64,000 bases of DNA from positions 1,426,001 through 1,490,000 of the forward strand of contig JAQOWU010000007.1 in assembly GCA_030867685.1 (NCBI GenBank). Reading direction: 5' to 3'. The notes beneath the pieces were generated by a model, which made no database searches, was not told the origin of the DNA, and was given only the letters and a program-made list of their open reading frames with translations. Made by a program: the position numbers and the translations under genes. The DNA is from Wickerhamiella versatilis. Taxonomy: Eukaryota. Positions 30,610 to 41,399 of this stretch are shown here, one piece after another (the stretch's first letter is position 1; each line of letters starts with the position of its first letter).

Positions 30610-31542
30610 TTATCGAACTTGTGCTGGCTTAACCTGACCAGCGGCCACTCGAGCCAGAAACTGCTGTTGTGGGACGGCAAGCGTTGGATTTCTAGCTAGC
30701 TGGTGACCGACAAGGGAATCTTCGACAGGTGCAGGATAAGCTCCTGTGAGCCGAGTTTTTGCCGTATCAATTTTTGAGGAATGAAGTGCCGATAAAACAC
30801 GTACGTTATATGTTACAGCCGATGGCGGCATGTATTTTACCAATGCACCTGGAGACATGTCCTCTAGACTAATGAATCCACCACCTTTTTTCTCATTATT
30901 CTCCACGAGTGAGAGGGCATCATGACTATACATAAACCCCGGATCGCCCACCGAGGCCCCAAGTCCCGAAAAGCGGCCTCCATCAGAGTTGTCTGAACTT
31001 CTCGCAACTCGCACACGATTAGGTGCCCTCCTGGATTTGCGAGATGCAGTGCCCCCAGGGCGCCTTGCTCCAGCCTTGGGAAGTGGGCTAGTCGACAGGG
31101 AAGAGAATTTGGGACTGAAGGCGCTTTCAGATTCCTTAGCTGCGTTAACCGTCACAGCATTCGGCTGCTTTTTATGCTCAGTACGGGGTCTACTGCGCTG
31201 TTGCTGAGGTCGAGAGCTATTCTGTACTGCGTTTCCTGATTCTGTATTACGCGGGGCCCTGGGTGGCCTTGGCGGCCGAGAAGCAGACGTTTTCGGAGTA
31301 TCTGTCTTTGGCTTAGCCGCAGCTACCCTTCTACGCGGCTTATGTGGGCGTCCGACCTTCTGATTGTTTTGCAAGGCCTCGATACGACCGAGAAAACCAG
31401 AGAGATCAAAGCTATTCACACCCTTGTCTGAATAGAAACGTCGCCCAAGACGGAGCGCTCCGACCATTCTCCGATTACGTAAGAATCCTGTGGCTATTCG
31501 AGGATACAATCTGCAGCTACTCCGAAACGCAAGACGCACCAT
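30610..31542 (-). CDS. RSM28: Probable mitochondrial small-subunit ribosomal protein mS46 (Rsm28-like)
   Basis: Arg-rich presequence (RRFYS), basic low-complexity middle, C-terminal LVKYMP...RNPTL segment. Convergent with VPS3 exactly like S. cerevisiae RSM28-VPS3. Identity rests mainly on synteny. Confidence 0.6.
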   Translation of the reverse strand: MVRLAFRSSCRLYPRIATGFLRNRRMVGALRLGRRFYSDKGVNSFDLSGFLGRIEALQNNQKVGRPHKPRRRVAAAKPKTDTPKTSASRPPRPPRAPRNTESGNAVQNSSRPQQQRSRPRTEHKKQPNAVTVNAAKESESAFSPKFSSLSTSPLPKAGARRPGGTASRKSRRAPNRVRVARSSDNSDGGRFSGLGASVGDPGFMYSHDALSLVENNEKKGGGFISLEDMSPGALVKYMPPSAVTYNVRVLSALHSSKIDTAKTRLTGAYPAPVEDSLVGHQLARNPTLAVPQQQFLARVAAGQVKPAQVR

Positions 31543-31815
31543 TTTCCTACGTCATTATTTAGCAGTCAATATTTAGCAGCCAATAAGGGATCATTTCTTT
31601 GGCAGTATTAAACAAGATTTCTTTTAGATTTCTTGATGGGGGTAATGTTTACCAATGAACTAGAGTTAGCTTTAAGTGCATCAAGTGTACAAGTATTTAA
31701 TTTAGACCTGTATGCTTTATCTTTCATTTTAGGTATGTGCTGACATTTCTTGTTGCCCTTAATCTTTATTTACACAACGGGGCAACAACCTTAAGACCGT
31801 TTGTCATCAGCCTAG

Positions 31816-34800
31816 ATGCCCATGCCAGATGAGCCGCTAGTCCAAAGCGTGCTGCAGATCAAGGTGATAAATGCTCTCCGCAGCAGCCACGGTCCGCAGC
31901 AGCTAGCTGAGCTTGCTAAAACCTACAACGTTGTAGACTACCCTGGATTGCTAGGGCTTGCTACTCAAATTGCCCCATCGCCTACTGTTGAGTGGGTTGC
32001 CGATATGTACGTGAAGAGGGGCCGCAACTTGAACGAACAGGACGATTCAGGTAATACGGCACTTCATTATGCAGTTGCTTCGAGCCGTAGGGACTGCACC
32101 CGCCTACTTCTTGAGTGTCCATCGATTGATGATACCGTGTCCAATTCAAAGGGACTTATGCCATCAGATATGGCCCATGAACCTGAAATGGTGGAGCTCA
32201 TTTCTCACTCCCAGGAAGAGTTTACAACTAGAACTGCCTTGGCGCTGAAAGATGCGTTCCGGAAGCGTGATCTGAAGACCTTAGAGAAAATCTATGAGAA
32301 TCCTCGGGTCGGCAATCTCGTCAACCTGGATGGTCTTGATCCGGATACGGGCGAAGGTGTTTTACATGATGCCGCAGCATCTGGTGATGCTCATATAGTC
32401 CAGTTTATCCTGGCCCACGGCGCTGATCCTCTTCTGCGTGATAGCAGTGATCGAGTACCTAGTGATCTGGCAAAAGACGAGAATACAAGACGCATACTCA
32501 ACAATGCAGCTAAATCGCGTGCTATTCTTGATCAAACTCAATTCCAGACAGCAGGTGCTGCTCCTGAGATGAATGGGTACCTTAAGAAATGGGTGAATTT
32601 CACCCAGGGTTACAAGGTCCGATATTTCGTACTGCGAAATGATACTTTGACATACTATAAGTCTGCAAAGGAACCAGAACGCAAAATGAGAGGAACTATT
32701 CATCTTAGATATGCTGTCGTCCGGATGGATTCTTCGGAAAAGAACAAATTTGAGGTTCGGACGGCAAACGACAAGTTTCATTTGAAGGCTATGCATCCAG
32801 CAGAAACAAACAAATGGGTTTGGGCGCTTCAAAGTTCTATCACCCATGCTAGAGATGCTGATCGTCGATCTCGTAAGTCTACCACAAGCCAGCGCTCTGT
32901 GTCGGGTGTTTTGGGCAGTCCTATTTCAAAGGCGGCGAGCACGGGCTCGGGTCATTCCCGGAAACCATCAGTCAATTCTCAAGTAGATACTACAGGCCTT
33001 GGAATAATCGTGAACGATCTTGAGGTTCGAGATGACGACGACTCAACATCAAGTGGGGAGGACGAATCCTGGAATGAAGAACTTGATGAGCTTGAGAATG
33101 GGGAAGTGCCACGTTTGTCGTCGAAGACTTTGATTACTCGACTTAGTGCTCTGAAAGATTTGATAAATCTTTTGCTTGGTAAAGTCGAGGAGCAGGAGCT
33201 TCAGGATGCTCTGGTCACAGCTCTGAAGTCGATTGATACTTTGAGTGCAGATGCCCAGAGGTACGGAAAGGTGTATCGTGCACAACTCAAGCGGTCCGAC
33301 AGAGCGGAAAAAGAGTGGGCCAAGAACTACCGTGATCTTGAGGTATCCTATGAGAAATTAGAGGGCCAGCTTTATGCGCTAAAACGAGATAACCAGGATT
33401 CTGAAGATGAATTCTACGACGTCGAAGAGTCCAGTCCAGCGGAGACACCCACAGTTGCAGAGGCTAGAGATGAAAGTAGCCAAACTACTGAAAATACTTC
33501 GGAAGCTGCTAAGGAAAGCGTTGCAGGTGGGAGTGCTGGAGATGCTTCTTCTGGAGACGCTGCTGGAGGATCTGCTGCCGCTGCCGCTGCCGGTGCTGGT
33601 GGAGCTACTGCGGCTGCTGGTGGCGCCGCCGTTGCCGGCGGTACCTCAACTAACCCTCAAACTGATGAGGGCAAGGGAGATGCTAATTCTGCGGAGAACG
33701 AAGGTGCTGTTCAAACCTCAGAGAAGTCTTCTGGAGATAGCAATACTATGGTTCCTAGAAATCTTACTCCAACTACGGAGAAACAAAGCGCTGTGGTCGA
33801 GGTTATCAAGAAAGAGAATTCTTTCGCAGGTTATGAGGATCCACCACGTAGGAAGCTTGCCATTGATAATGATAATCGGCCACGCCTATCGCTTTGGAGT
33901 ATCCTGAAAAATTTGATCGGCAAGGATATGACCCGAATGACACTTCCTGTAACATTCAATGAATGTACTTCCCTTCTGCAACGCTCTGCTGAGGATATGG
34001 AATATGTCGATTTGTTGGACCTCGCAGCCCAGACTCCCGACGAGGGCCTCCGCATGGCCTACATAGTAGCTTTTGCGGCATCTTCATACTCCTCGACCAT
34101 TAATCGTGTGGCGAAACCTTTCAATCCGTTGCTTGGTGAGACATATGAGTACGCCAGACCAGACCAAGGGTTTCGCATGATGGCAGAACAAGTAAGTCAT
34201 CACCCTCCAATTGGTGCTCTTTATGCACGATCCCGTCATTGGGATTTTTATGGTGAATCGCACGTTGAGTCTCACTTTTATGGTAGAAGCTTCGATATCA
34301 ACCCACTAGGATTGTGGTATTTGCATATGCGACCAGATAAAGGCGATGGACCCGAAGAGGAAGTATACTCTTTCCGAAAGGTTACGTCCAGTGTTGTGGG
34401 TATCATGCTAGGGAACCCCGTTGTCGATAATTATGGTCCGATGACAATTGAAAACCATACTACTGGTGTTGTCGCCAATGTCGACTTCAAAGCTCGAGGC
34501 TGGAGAGGATCCTCGGCCTATAAGCTTGAAGGTGACGTAAAGAGTGCAAAGGGGGAGGTTCTCTACAATATCGTGGGCCGATGGAACGATAGGATCTTTG
34601 CTATTAATGCCAAGACTAAGAAGAAGACTGAGCTTTGGCGTGTTCACGAGCGTGGTCCTGCGCCTTTCAACCTGACACCCTTCGCGATAACACTTAATGC
34701 CCTTCCAGACAAGCTTCGTCCTTGGCTTGCGCCAACGGATACTCGGTTGCGGCCTGATCAGCGAGCAATGGAAGAAGGACGCTATGATGATGCATCGAAG

Positions 34801-34992
34801 GAAAAGGCTCGTGTTGAGGATAAGCAAAGAGCTGTCCGGCGTAAGCGGGAGGAAACGGGCCAGGAATACAAACCTCAGTGGTTCACACTGCAGAAACACC
34901 CGGTTACCGGTAAACAGTACTATCAGCCAATTAACGACTACTGGGGACAGCGCGCCAACCACAACCTCGCGGATAAGGGTGACATTTTCTAG
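31816..34992 (+). CDS. Oxysterol-binding protein Osh1/Osh2 family (ankyrin-PH-FFAT-ORD)
   Basis: Ankyrin repeats (GNTALHYA), PH domain (GYLKKWVNFTQGYK), FFAT-like EDEFYDVEE, OSBP signature EQVSHHPP and KPFNPLLGETYE. Confidence 0.95.
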   Translation: MPMPDEPLVQSVLQIKVINALRSSHGPQQLAELAKTYNVVDYPGLLGLATQIAPSPTVEWVADMYVKRGRNLNEQDDSGNTALHYAVASSRRDCTRLLLECPSIDDTVSNSKGLMPSDMAHEPEMVELISHSQEEFTTRTALALKDAFRKRDLKTLEKIYENPRVGNLVNLDGLDPDTGEGVLHDAAASGDAHIVQFILAHGADPLLRDSSDRVPSDLAKDENTRRILNNAAKSRAILDQTQFQTAGAAPEMNGYLKKWVNFTQGYKVRYFVLRNDTLTYYKSAKEPERKMRGTIHLRYAVVRMDSSEKNKFEVRTANDKFHLKAMHPAETNKWVWALQSSITHARDADRRSRKSTTSQRSVSGVLGSPISKAASTGSGHSRKPSVNSQVDTTGLGIIVNDLEVRDDDDSTSSGEDESWNEELDELENGEVPRLSSKTLITRLSALKDLINLLLGKVEEQELQDALVTALKSIDTLSADAQRYGKVYRAQLKRSDRAEKEWAKNYRDLEVSYEKLEGQLYALKRDNQDSEDEFYDVEESSPAETPTVAEARDESSQTTENTSEAAKESVAGGSAGDASSGDAAGGSAAAAAAGAGGATAAAGGAAVAGGTSTNPQTDEGKGDANSAENEGAVQTSEKSSGDSNTMVPRNLTPTTEKQSAVVEVIKKENSFAGYEDPPRRKLAIDNDNRPRLSLWSILKNLIGKDMTRMTLPVTFNECTSLLQRSAEDMEYVDLLDLAAQTPDEGLRMAYIVAFAASSYSSTINRVAKPFNPLLGETYEYARPDQGFRMMAEQVSHHPPIGALYARSRHWDFYGESHVESHFYGRSFDINPLGLWYLHMRPDKGDGPEEEVYSFRKVTSSVVGIMLGNPVVDNYGPMTIENHTTGVVANVDFKARGWRGSSAYKLEGDVKSAKGEVLYNIVGRWNDRIFAINAKTKKKTELWRVHERGPAPFNLTPFAITLNALPDKLRPWLAPTDTRLRPDQRAMEEGRYDDASKEKARVEDKQRAVRRKREETGQEYKPQWFTLQKHPVTGKQYYQPINDYWGQRANHNLADKGDIF

Positions 34993-35198
34993 ATACCTTT
35001 TTTCTGTACTGTAATTGTTCTTTTTCTTCACGCGATGACTATGATTCCTTGAACTAGCTAGGTATTTGTGTATCCAGATATAACTTAGGCTCAGCAAGTA
35101 TTCTCCTGATCGTGAGGCATTATGAAATTGAGTAAATTATAAATATCTTTGTTTTATCAGTCATAAATCAACAGGAAAACCGAACGCTCCAGCCAGAA

Positions 35199-35240
35199 TG
35201 AGTCAGCTGAAATATAACCTGAATCTTCCGCAGTGACTCA
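35199..35240. promoter_or_regulatory. Two Gcn4/AP-1 sites upstream of asparagine synthetase
   Basis: TGAGTCA at 35199-35205 and TGACTCA at 35234-35240. ASN genes are classical Gcn4 targets. Confidence 0.7.
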
Positions 35241-35272
35241 TCCAAGAACTCTCTCCCGTTCTAGACACTCAC

Positions 35273-36946
35273 ATGTGCGGAATCTTTGCAGCATTTCGCC
35301 ACCCTGATGTAGTGGACTACAAGAAGAAGGCGTTACAGCTCTCGAAGCGCATTCGTCACCGCGGTCCAGATTGGAGCGGTAACTTCACGGCTAACAGTAC
35401 CATGTTCTGCCATGAACGACTTGCCATCGTCGGCCTGGATAGTGGCGCTCAGCCAATCACTAACAACGATGATAGCATTGCACTAACCGTTAATGGCGAA
35501 ATTTATAACCACCGTATTCTCCGTGACGAATTTGCAGACTACAAATTCAAGACGAAGAGTGACTGTGAGCCGATCATTCCTCTTTATGAAAAATATGACA
35601 CAGCTCTTGCTGAACATCTTGATGGGTTTTTCGCATTTGTTGTGTATGACAAGAAGCGTGATCGCGTTGTAGCCGCAAGGGATCCAATTGGTATCACCAC
35701 AATGTATATGGGTAGTTCCTCCAGCAAGCCAGGTACTCTCTGGTTTGCCAGTGAGCTCAAGTGCTTAATTGATGATTGCGATAAAATCGAAGCGTTCCCA
35801 CCGGGACATGTTTATGATTCCGATAGCAAGGAATTGCGTCGATATTATAAGCCGAGGTGGTGGGATGAGAATTACATTCCCACGGATCCTGCGGATCTGA
35901 TGTCAATTCGTGATACACTTGTAAAAGCTGTTCGTAAGCGTCTCATGACAGAGGTACCCTATGGTGTATTGCTGAGTGGAGGTCTCGATTCTTCGTTGAT
36001 CGCCTCAATTGCGGCTAAAGAGTCGCAGGCTGCGCTGCCTGATCTACCCACCCACCACAGCCTTGCCGGTGTAGACGCCAGCGGACGCCTAGTTAATACC
36101 AGTGGGTCCAAATTGCACTCATTTGCGATCGGACTAGAGGGCTCTCCTGATCTCATAGCAGCTCGACAGGTCGCTGAATTCATTGGAACAGTCCATCATG
36201 AACACACCTTCACAGTGCAGGAGGGTCTCGATGCGCTCTCAGATGTCATTTGGCATCTTGAAACCTACGATGTAACAACCATTCGCGCATCTACTCCTAT
36301 GTTTTTGCTGAGCCGTAAAATTAAGGCCCAGGGCGTTAAACTCGTCCTATCCGGTGAAGGCTCTGATGAGATATTTGGTGGATATCTTTATTTCGGAGCC
36401 GCCCCATCTCCTAAGGAGTTCCACCAGGAGTGTGTGAAGCGTGTCAAGAACTTGCACTATAGCGACTGTCTTCGTGCCAATAAGAGTACTATGGCATGGG
36501 GTCTTGAGGCTCGTGTGCCATTCCTGGATAAGTCATTCCTAGATATCTGCATGAATATAAGGGCAGAGGACAAGATGATCACACCTGGACACATTGAAAA
36601 GTATATTCTGCGCAAGGCTTTTGATAATGGAGAATACTTGCCACCTGACATTCTCTGGCGTCAAAAGGAGCAGTTCAGTGACGGTGTGGGTTATTCATGG
36701 ATTGATTCGCTGAAGGACACCGCTGAGGCAGTTGTATCGGACCAGGAGTTCAACAACCCGAAGCCCGAGTGGGGAGATGATGTACCAACAACCAAGGAGG
36801 CGTATTGGTACCGTACGTTGTTCGATGAAATGTTCCCAAAAGCAGCAGCTGATACTGTGACTCGCTGGATTCCTAAGGCTGACTGGGGTTGTGCCGAAGA
36901 CCCTAGTGGTCGTGCTGTTAAAAGTCATATCGCTGCTTTGCAGTAA
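35273..36946 (+). CDS. ASN1: Glutamine-hydrolysing asparagine synthetase
   Basis: MCGIF Ntn start, [51 protein letters not shown]. Confidence 0.97.
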   Translation: MCGIFAAFRHPDVVDYKKKALQLSKRIRHRGPDWSGNFTANSTMFCHERLAIVGLDSGAQPITNNDDSIALTVNGEIYNHRILRDEFADYKFKTKSDCEPIIPLYEKYDTALAEHLDGFFAFVVYDKKRDRVVAARDPIGITTMYMGSSSSKPGTLWFASELKCLIDDCDKIEAFPPGHVYDSDSKELRRYYKPRWWDENYIPTDPADLMSIRDTLVKAVRKRLMTEVPYGVLLSGGLDSSLIASIAAKESQAALPDLPTHHSLAGVDASGRLVNTSGSKLHSFAIGLEGSPDLIAARQVAEFIGTVHHEHTFTVQEGLDALSDVIWHLETYDVTTIRASTPMFLLSRKIKAQGVKLVLSGEGSDEIFGGYLYFGAAPSPKEFHQECVKRVKNLHYSDCLRANKSTMAWGLEARVPFLDKSFLDICMNIRAEDKMITPGHIEKYILRKAFDNGEYLPPDILWRQKEQFSDGVGYSWIDSLKDTAEAVVSDQEFNNPKPEWGDDVPTTKEAYWYRTLFDEMFPKAAADTVTRWIPKADWGCAEDPSGRAVKSHIAALQ

Positions 36947-37069
36947 TCGATGGATATAGATCTTGTAGATATATTTGGTCTTTCTCATTTGGAAAGCCTA
37001 TCGCTGATGACCATTTCGTTGCATCTTTAAGCTTAATCCTTAACAAAAAATTATCGTTTAAAGTAAAGG

Positions 37070-39367
37070 CTAGAGCATGCTGTGTTGAAGTAGCGGCTTG
37101 TCGGGCCAAACCTCTGTAAGAACGTCGGACATGTATTTTACATAGACGACATCGACATCTAGTTTCACATGCATGTCTTCCACAAAAGGCCTGCAGTGGA
37201 AGGGTAATAATACGCGCTTAATCCCTGCGTTTTGGGCGCCGAGAAGCTTTTCGCGTACTCCTCCGACAGGTAAAACTTTACCTCTTAAGGTAAGCTCGCC
37301 AGTCATCGCAAGATCAGGGCTTACTGGACGCTTTGAAAGTAGAGAAACTAGACATACTGCCATTGCAACTCCAGCAGATGGCCCATCTTTAGGAATAGCA
37401 CCTGCTGGCGCATGGAGATGGAAATCAACATTGCTAGGAACCTCGAACCCCAGTTTTGCAGCATTAGCGCGTACCCAAGTCATTGCAATCTGTGCACTCT
37501 CAGAAATTACTTCACCCAATTTTCCCGTGAGTTTCAGCTGTCCTTTGCCAGCTGGTATGATAGTAGCCTCAAATGTCAGAAGTCCACCTTGGCCGGAACC
37601 CATATATGCAAGCCCATTTACCAGACCATATATATGCCTCCGCCTTTGCTCACCAGATTCTGAAGTATAGAGGTCGACTTCATCATATATCACATCGTCA
37701 TGGAATGGTTCAACTCCCAGCATACGGCGGACATCAGCTGGCTGAACATGCTTTGGGGGAGACTGGTTACGGATATCCTCGAGAGCCCAAGCCCTGCTAA
37801 GTGCACCCAATTGGCGCTCGACATTTCGTACTCCAGACTCGTAGGTGTATCTGGTCACTAGATAATGAAGCGCCTCCTTATCCAAAGAAAACGCACCTGC
37901 TTTAAGACCAGATAGCTGCTGCTGGCGTGGTAATAAGAACTTAGCAGCAATTTTTTCCTTTTCTGTATGTGTATATCCCTCAATGTGAATGACCTCCATT
38001 CTATCCAGTAACGGAGGAGCAATCGTGGCAGTGGTATTTGCAGTAGCAATAAAGACAATCTTTGACAGGTCAACAGGAAAACCAACGTAGTGATCGACAA
38101 AAGAATTGTTCTGTGCCGGATCAAGGACCTCTAACAATGCAGCGGCCGGGTCACCACGCAGAGGATTGTTTCCAACCTTGTCGATTTCATCGAGGACCAA
38201 CACTGAATTCATTGAGCCTGCCTTACGCACACCTTGTACGATAGTTCCAGGTAGTGCACCCACATAGGTTCGACGATGGCCTCTAATCTCAGCCTCATCC
38301 CTGACACCACCCAGCGATATGCGGTACAATTCCCGGTGCAAAACCTTCGCAACAGATTTAGCTAAAGATGTTTTACCAACACCAGGAGGGCCGACTAGAA
38401 GCAATATCGGAGCATATCCAGTACTAGTTTGTCCCGCTCGCTGGCGCAAGTAAGATACTGCCACATACTCTACAAGTCGGCGCTTCACTTTTTCCAATCC
38501 AAAGTGATCCTCATCGAGTAAGTGCTGGGCTTCATCCACCGACTTCTCAGTGAGTGGTTTGGAGTGGTAGTTATTCCAAGGAATGTCGGCCAGCGTGTCT
38601 AGGTAAGTCATGGAGACGTTATAGTCCATTTGTTGAGGTGACATGCGGCGCAATTTCTTAAATTCCTGATCAACAATTTTCCGCCCCTCTGGGGGTAATT
38701 CTGCCTTACTCAACTTCTGTTGAAGTTGGGCAATTTCATCTTGTTCAGGTCCTTCTTTGCGAATGCCTTTACGAACTAGGGCTGAAGTCTTAGGCCGGCT
38801 CGTATCACCCTGATCAAGCATGGTAATGAGCTTCTGTGTACGCAGACCAATATTCGCTTCCTTGAAAAGATTTAATCGTTGCTCAAGCGTGACTGGTGCA
38901 ATCGATGCTAGCAAGTCTACCAGCGATGACGCACCAGATGGCCTGTAGCTCTCATTGAATTTCTCAGAGACTTCTTCATTGTTAATCAAAACTCGTGTTA
39001 CAGCTTTTTGGAGGTTATCAAGTAATTTAGGAGTTAACAACGCAACATTATCAAGTAGTAATGTTGCCTTAACTCTAATACCACCGGCCTCCGTAATTTG
39101 TGCTCGGCAGAGTCCCCGTAAAGTGGAGTCCTTGTCAATGTAACAGAGGCACCCAATTCCCAGAATAGCGGAGCCGTCTACGTTCTGCGGGATAGCAATG
39201 GCAAGCCTAGACGAACTGTTGCCCTCCAACTCCGGGAAAAGAGATAGCACATCAGAAGGCACAGCGGTGGGTGAAATAGGAGATTTCGTACGAACTCTCA
39301 ACGAGCATCGAGGGAATAATACCGAATTGTGGGGTAGAATTACCACTGGCAGATCGAGTTCTACCAT
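37070..39367 (-). CDS. Peroxisomal Lon protease (LONP2/Pln type)
   Basis: No presequence. GPPGVGKTS, IRGHRRTYVGA, PKDGPSAG (catalytic Ser), VGGVREK (Lys), C-terminal SML (PTS1-like). Confidence 0.92.
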   Translation of the reverse strand: MVELDLPVVILPHNSVLFPRCSLRVRTKSPISPTAVPSDVLSLFPELEGNSSSRLAIAIPQNVDGSAILGIGCLCYIDKDSTLRGLCRAQITEAGGIRVKATLLLDNVALLTPKLLDNLQKAVTRVLINNEEVSEKFNESYRPSGASSLVDLLASIAPVTLEQRLNLFKEANIGLRTQKLITMLDQGDTSRPKTSALVRKGIRKEGPEQDEIAQLQQKLSKAELPPEGRKIVDQEFKKLRRMSPQQMDYNVSMTYLDTLADIPWNNYHSKPLTEKSVDEAQHLLDEDHFGLEKVKRRLVEYVAVSYLRQRAGQTSTGYAPILLLVGPPGVGKTSLAKSVAKVLHRELYRISLGGVRDEAEIRGHRRTYVGALPGTIVQGVRKAGSMNSVLVLDEIDKVGNNPLRGDPAAALLEVLDPAQNNSFVDHYVGFPVDLSKIVFIATANTTATIAPPLLDRMEVIHIEGYTHTEKEKIAAKFLLPRQQQLSGLKAGAFSLDKEALHYLVTRYTYESGVRNVERQLGALSRAWALEDIRNQSPPKHVQPADVRRMLGVEPFHDDVIYDEVDLYTSESGEQRRRHIYGLVNGLAYMGSGQGGLLTFEATIIPAGKGQLKLTGKLGEVISESAQIAMTWVRANAAKLGFEVPSNVDFHLHAPAGAIPKDGPSAGVAMAVCLVSLLSKRPVSPDLAMTGELTLRGKVLPVGGVREKLLGAQNAGIKRVLLPFHCRPFVEDMHVKLDVDVVYVKYMSDVLTEVWPDKPLLQHSML

Positions 39368-39707
39368 ACCCGGTTCGACGATGACTAATGAATTACCATC
39401 CTAATCTAGAAAGAGGAGGAACTTAAACCGCAGTCGACGATTAGTAGTGATAGTTGGTAACTAGAATGCCACGCCACTTTGAGCTCCGAGAAGAACTGCA
39501 ACTGTAGTCAACTAGAGTTACATAGTGAAGTCGAACGTGTTTGTTTTTGACTAAACGTGTAGAGCACTAATCATTATAATTTTCGAATATATTATTATGG
39601 CATAAGTTACATCGGAGAATAAAATTTCGAGTCGTATAACGGTATTTGTCTGCTGCCAATATTATTTACAGCATACCTTCCAGATATTCTGGCTAGCATA
39701 ATGCTTT

Positions 39708-41399
39708 TCAAACCGATTCTGAGGCGGAGCTTTTCTCATAGGCATCCTCGACATGCTGCTCACTCCGCTTGCCACTGTCCTCGACGTGACCAACTTCAGG
39801 CTTGTCATCGATTGAAGGCACACGACCACCACCGAATCTTTCAATTTCATCGATATCCGGTAAGGCGGGCTTCCAACTGGCGCTCTTCCACGCAGGAACA
39901 CCTGACTCCCACATCTGCTCGACTTCCTCAAGCGTTTTGTCCTTTGTCTCAGGGTAGAAAAAGAACACCATGATGGCTGTTGCCACACAGCAACATGCAA
40001 AGATGAAATAAGTTTGCCATGTAATATTTGTGAATGCAATTGGCGTGATCATAGCAATGATTGCATTCATTAGCCAGTTAGTTGCAGTTGTGAGACCGTT
40101 TGCGGTAGCTCTTTGTTCCATAGGAAATATTTCTGAGCAATAAATCCAGCCCACTGGGCCCCAAGTTGGTGCATATGTGGCAACAAAAAGATAGGAAACT
40201 GCCATGGCTGCCTTTTGTGCTCCACCTTGAGATTTCGGGATTTTAATTCGCACCTGCATGTTTCCATCAATTCCTTTAGGAACAAAATAGGAGTAGCTAG
40301 CGAGCGTACCAGCCTCTGCAAACAGCCAGGCGGCCAGTAGTATTGCACCAAAGATCATTATTGGCCGGCGACCTATCCTGTCTACAAGAAAGAACGCCGG
40401 AACTGTCATTACGACATTGATAATATATTGGATGAGACCTGAAATAAGATCTGCATTCTCCTGTCCCGCCATTTGCATGATATTGACGATGTAATACATC
40501 ATCACGTTCATACCTGTCCACTGTTGTGCTGCCTGGCATGTGACGCCTACAAGGGTGCGTCTCAAATTTGTCCTGCCCTTGAATAGATCGAAAAATTTAA
40601 AACTGGTATTCATCTCCACTGCTACAGCCTCCTTGATCTCTTCCACTTCCACTTTAACTGCAGGGTCTTCTTTGTTACCCTTGGCCTGGACCCATGAAAT
40701 AATCTCAATTGCTTCTTCCCAACGACCCTTGGTCGACAACCATCTCGGCGATTCATCAAGGAAGAGGGTGCCTATCAACATCAAAAGACCAGGAACAATC
40801 TGAATCGCCCATGCCGTCTGGTAGGATCCTTTTGTAGGCACAAAAGTACCATCGGCATCATAATACCCTATTTTACTGCATCCAATACCAATGGCGAACA
40901 TAATAAGAATACCCCATGTGACTGACCACTGGAAAGCTCCAACGAGACGGCCACGGATTCTCTTAGGAGAAAGCTCTGAAATATATACGGGTGCTTGCGA
41001 CGAAGCGAGCCCCACACCAAAGCCCGCAATGATCCGACCGAGGATTAGTTGAACCATATTGATTGACGAGCTCTGAATAGCGGCTCCAATCATCCAGAAT
41101 AGAGTACAGAGCTGGATAACTGGGCGTCGACCAATGGTATCAGATAAAGGGCCGGACAGCAGTGACCCAAGCAACGAGCCCCAGGCCATTGATGAAGTGA
41201 TACCAGCTTGAGTTATGGGACCTACCTTTTCATCAGGGGATCCTGTGACCAGCTCCATGTATGGAGGCTGCTGGATAAATGAACTCATACTCGAAATATC
41301 AAAACCAAACAGCAGCCCACCCATGGTGGCTATAGCTGTGACAACGTATGGGTTGCGGACCTTTGTCTTGAATCCGACATCTACGTGGTACGCGCGCAT
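39708..41399 (-). CDS. HGT1: High-affinity glucose transporter, Hgt1 family (sugar porter)
   Basis: GGLLFGFDISSMS, GRR, FQWSVTWGILIM, ESPRW, QQWTGMNVMMYYIV, WIYCSEIFP, PETK, VPAWKS. Confidence 0.92.
   Translation of the reverse strand: MRAYHVDVGFKTKVRNPYVVTAIATMGGLLFGFDISSMSSFIQQPPYMELVTGSPDEKVGPITQAGITSSMAWGSLLGSLLSGPLSDTIGRRPVIQLCTLFWMIGAAIQSSSINMVQLILGRIIAGFGVGLASSQAPVYISELSPKRIRGRLVGAFQWSVTWGILIMFAIGIGCSKIGYYDADGTFVPTKGSYQTAWAIQIVPGLLMLIGTLFLDESPRWLSTKGRWEEAIEIISWVQAKGNKEDPAVKVEVEEIKEAVAVEMNTSFKFFDLFKGRTNLRRTLVGVTCQAAQQWTGMNVMMYYIVNIMQMAGQENADLISGLIQYIINVVMTVPAFFLVDRIGRRPIMIFGAILLAAWLFAEAGTLASYSYFVPKGIDGNMQVRIKIPKSQGGAQKAAMAVSYLFVATYAPTWGPVGWIYCSEIFPMEQRATANGLTTATNWLMNAIIAMITPIAFTNITWQTYFIFACCCVATAIMVFFFYPETKDKTLEEVEQMWESGVPAWKSASWKPALPDIDEIERFGGGRVPSIDDKPEVGHVEDSGKRSEQHVEDAYEKSSASESV

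Noticed and set aside
31733..31815. GTATGT...TAG possible intron before the OSH gene
   Set aside because: No branch-point consensus near the 3' AG, and no upstream coding exon is needed.
35026..35117. C/D snoRNA-like segment (GCGATGA...CTGA with CTTCACG/CGTGAGG ends)
   Set aside because: The C box is imperfect, the terminal stem is out of K-turn register, and I recognise no rRNA-complementary guide. It lies in the probable OSH 3' UTR.
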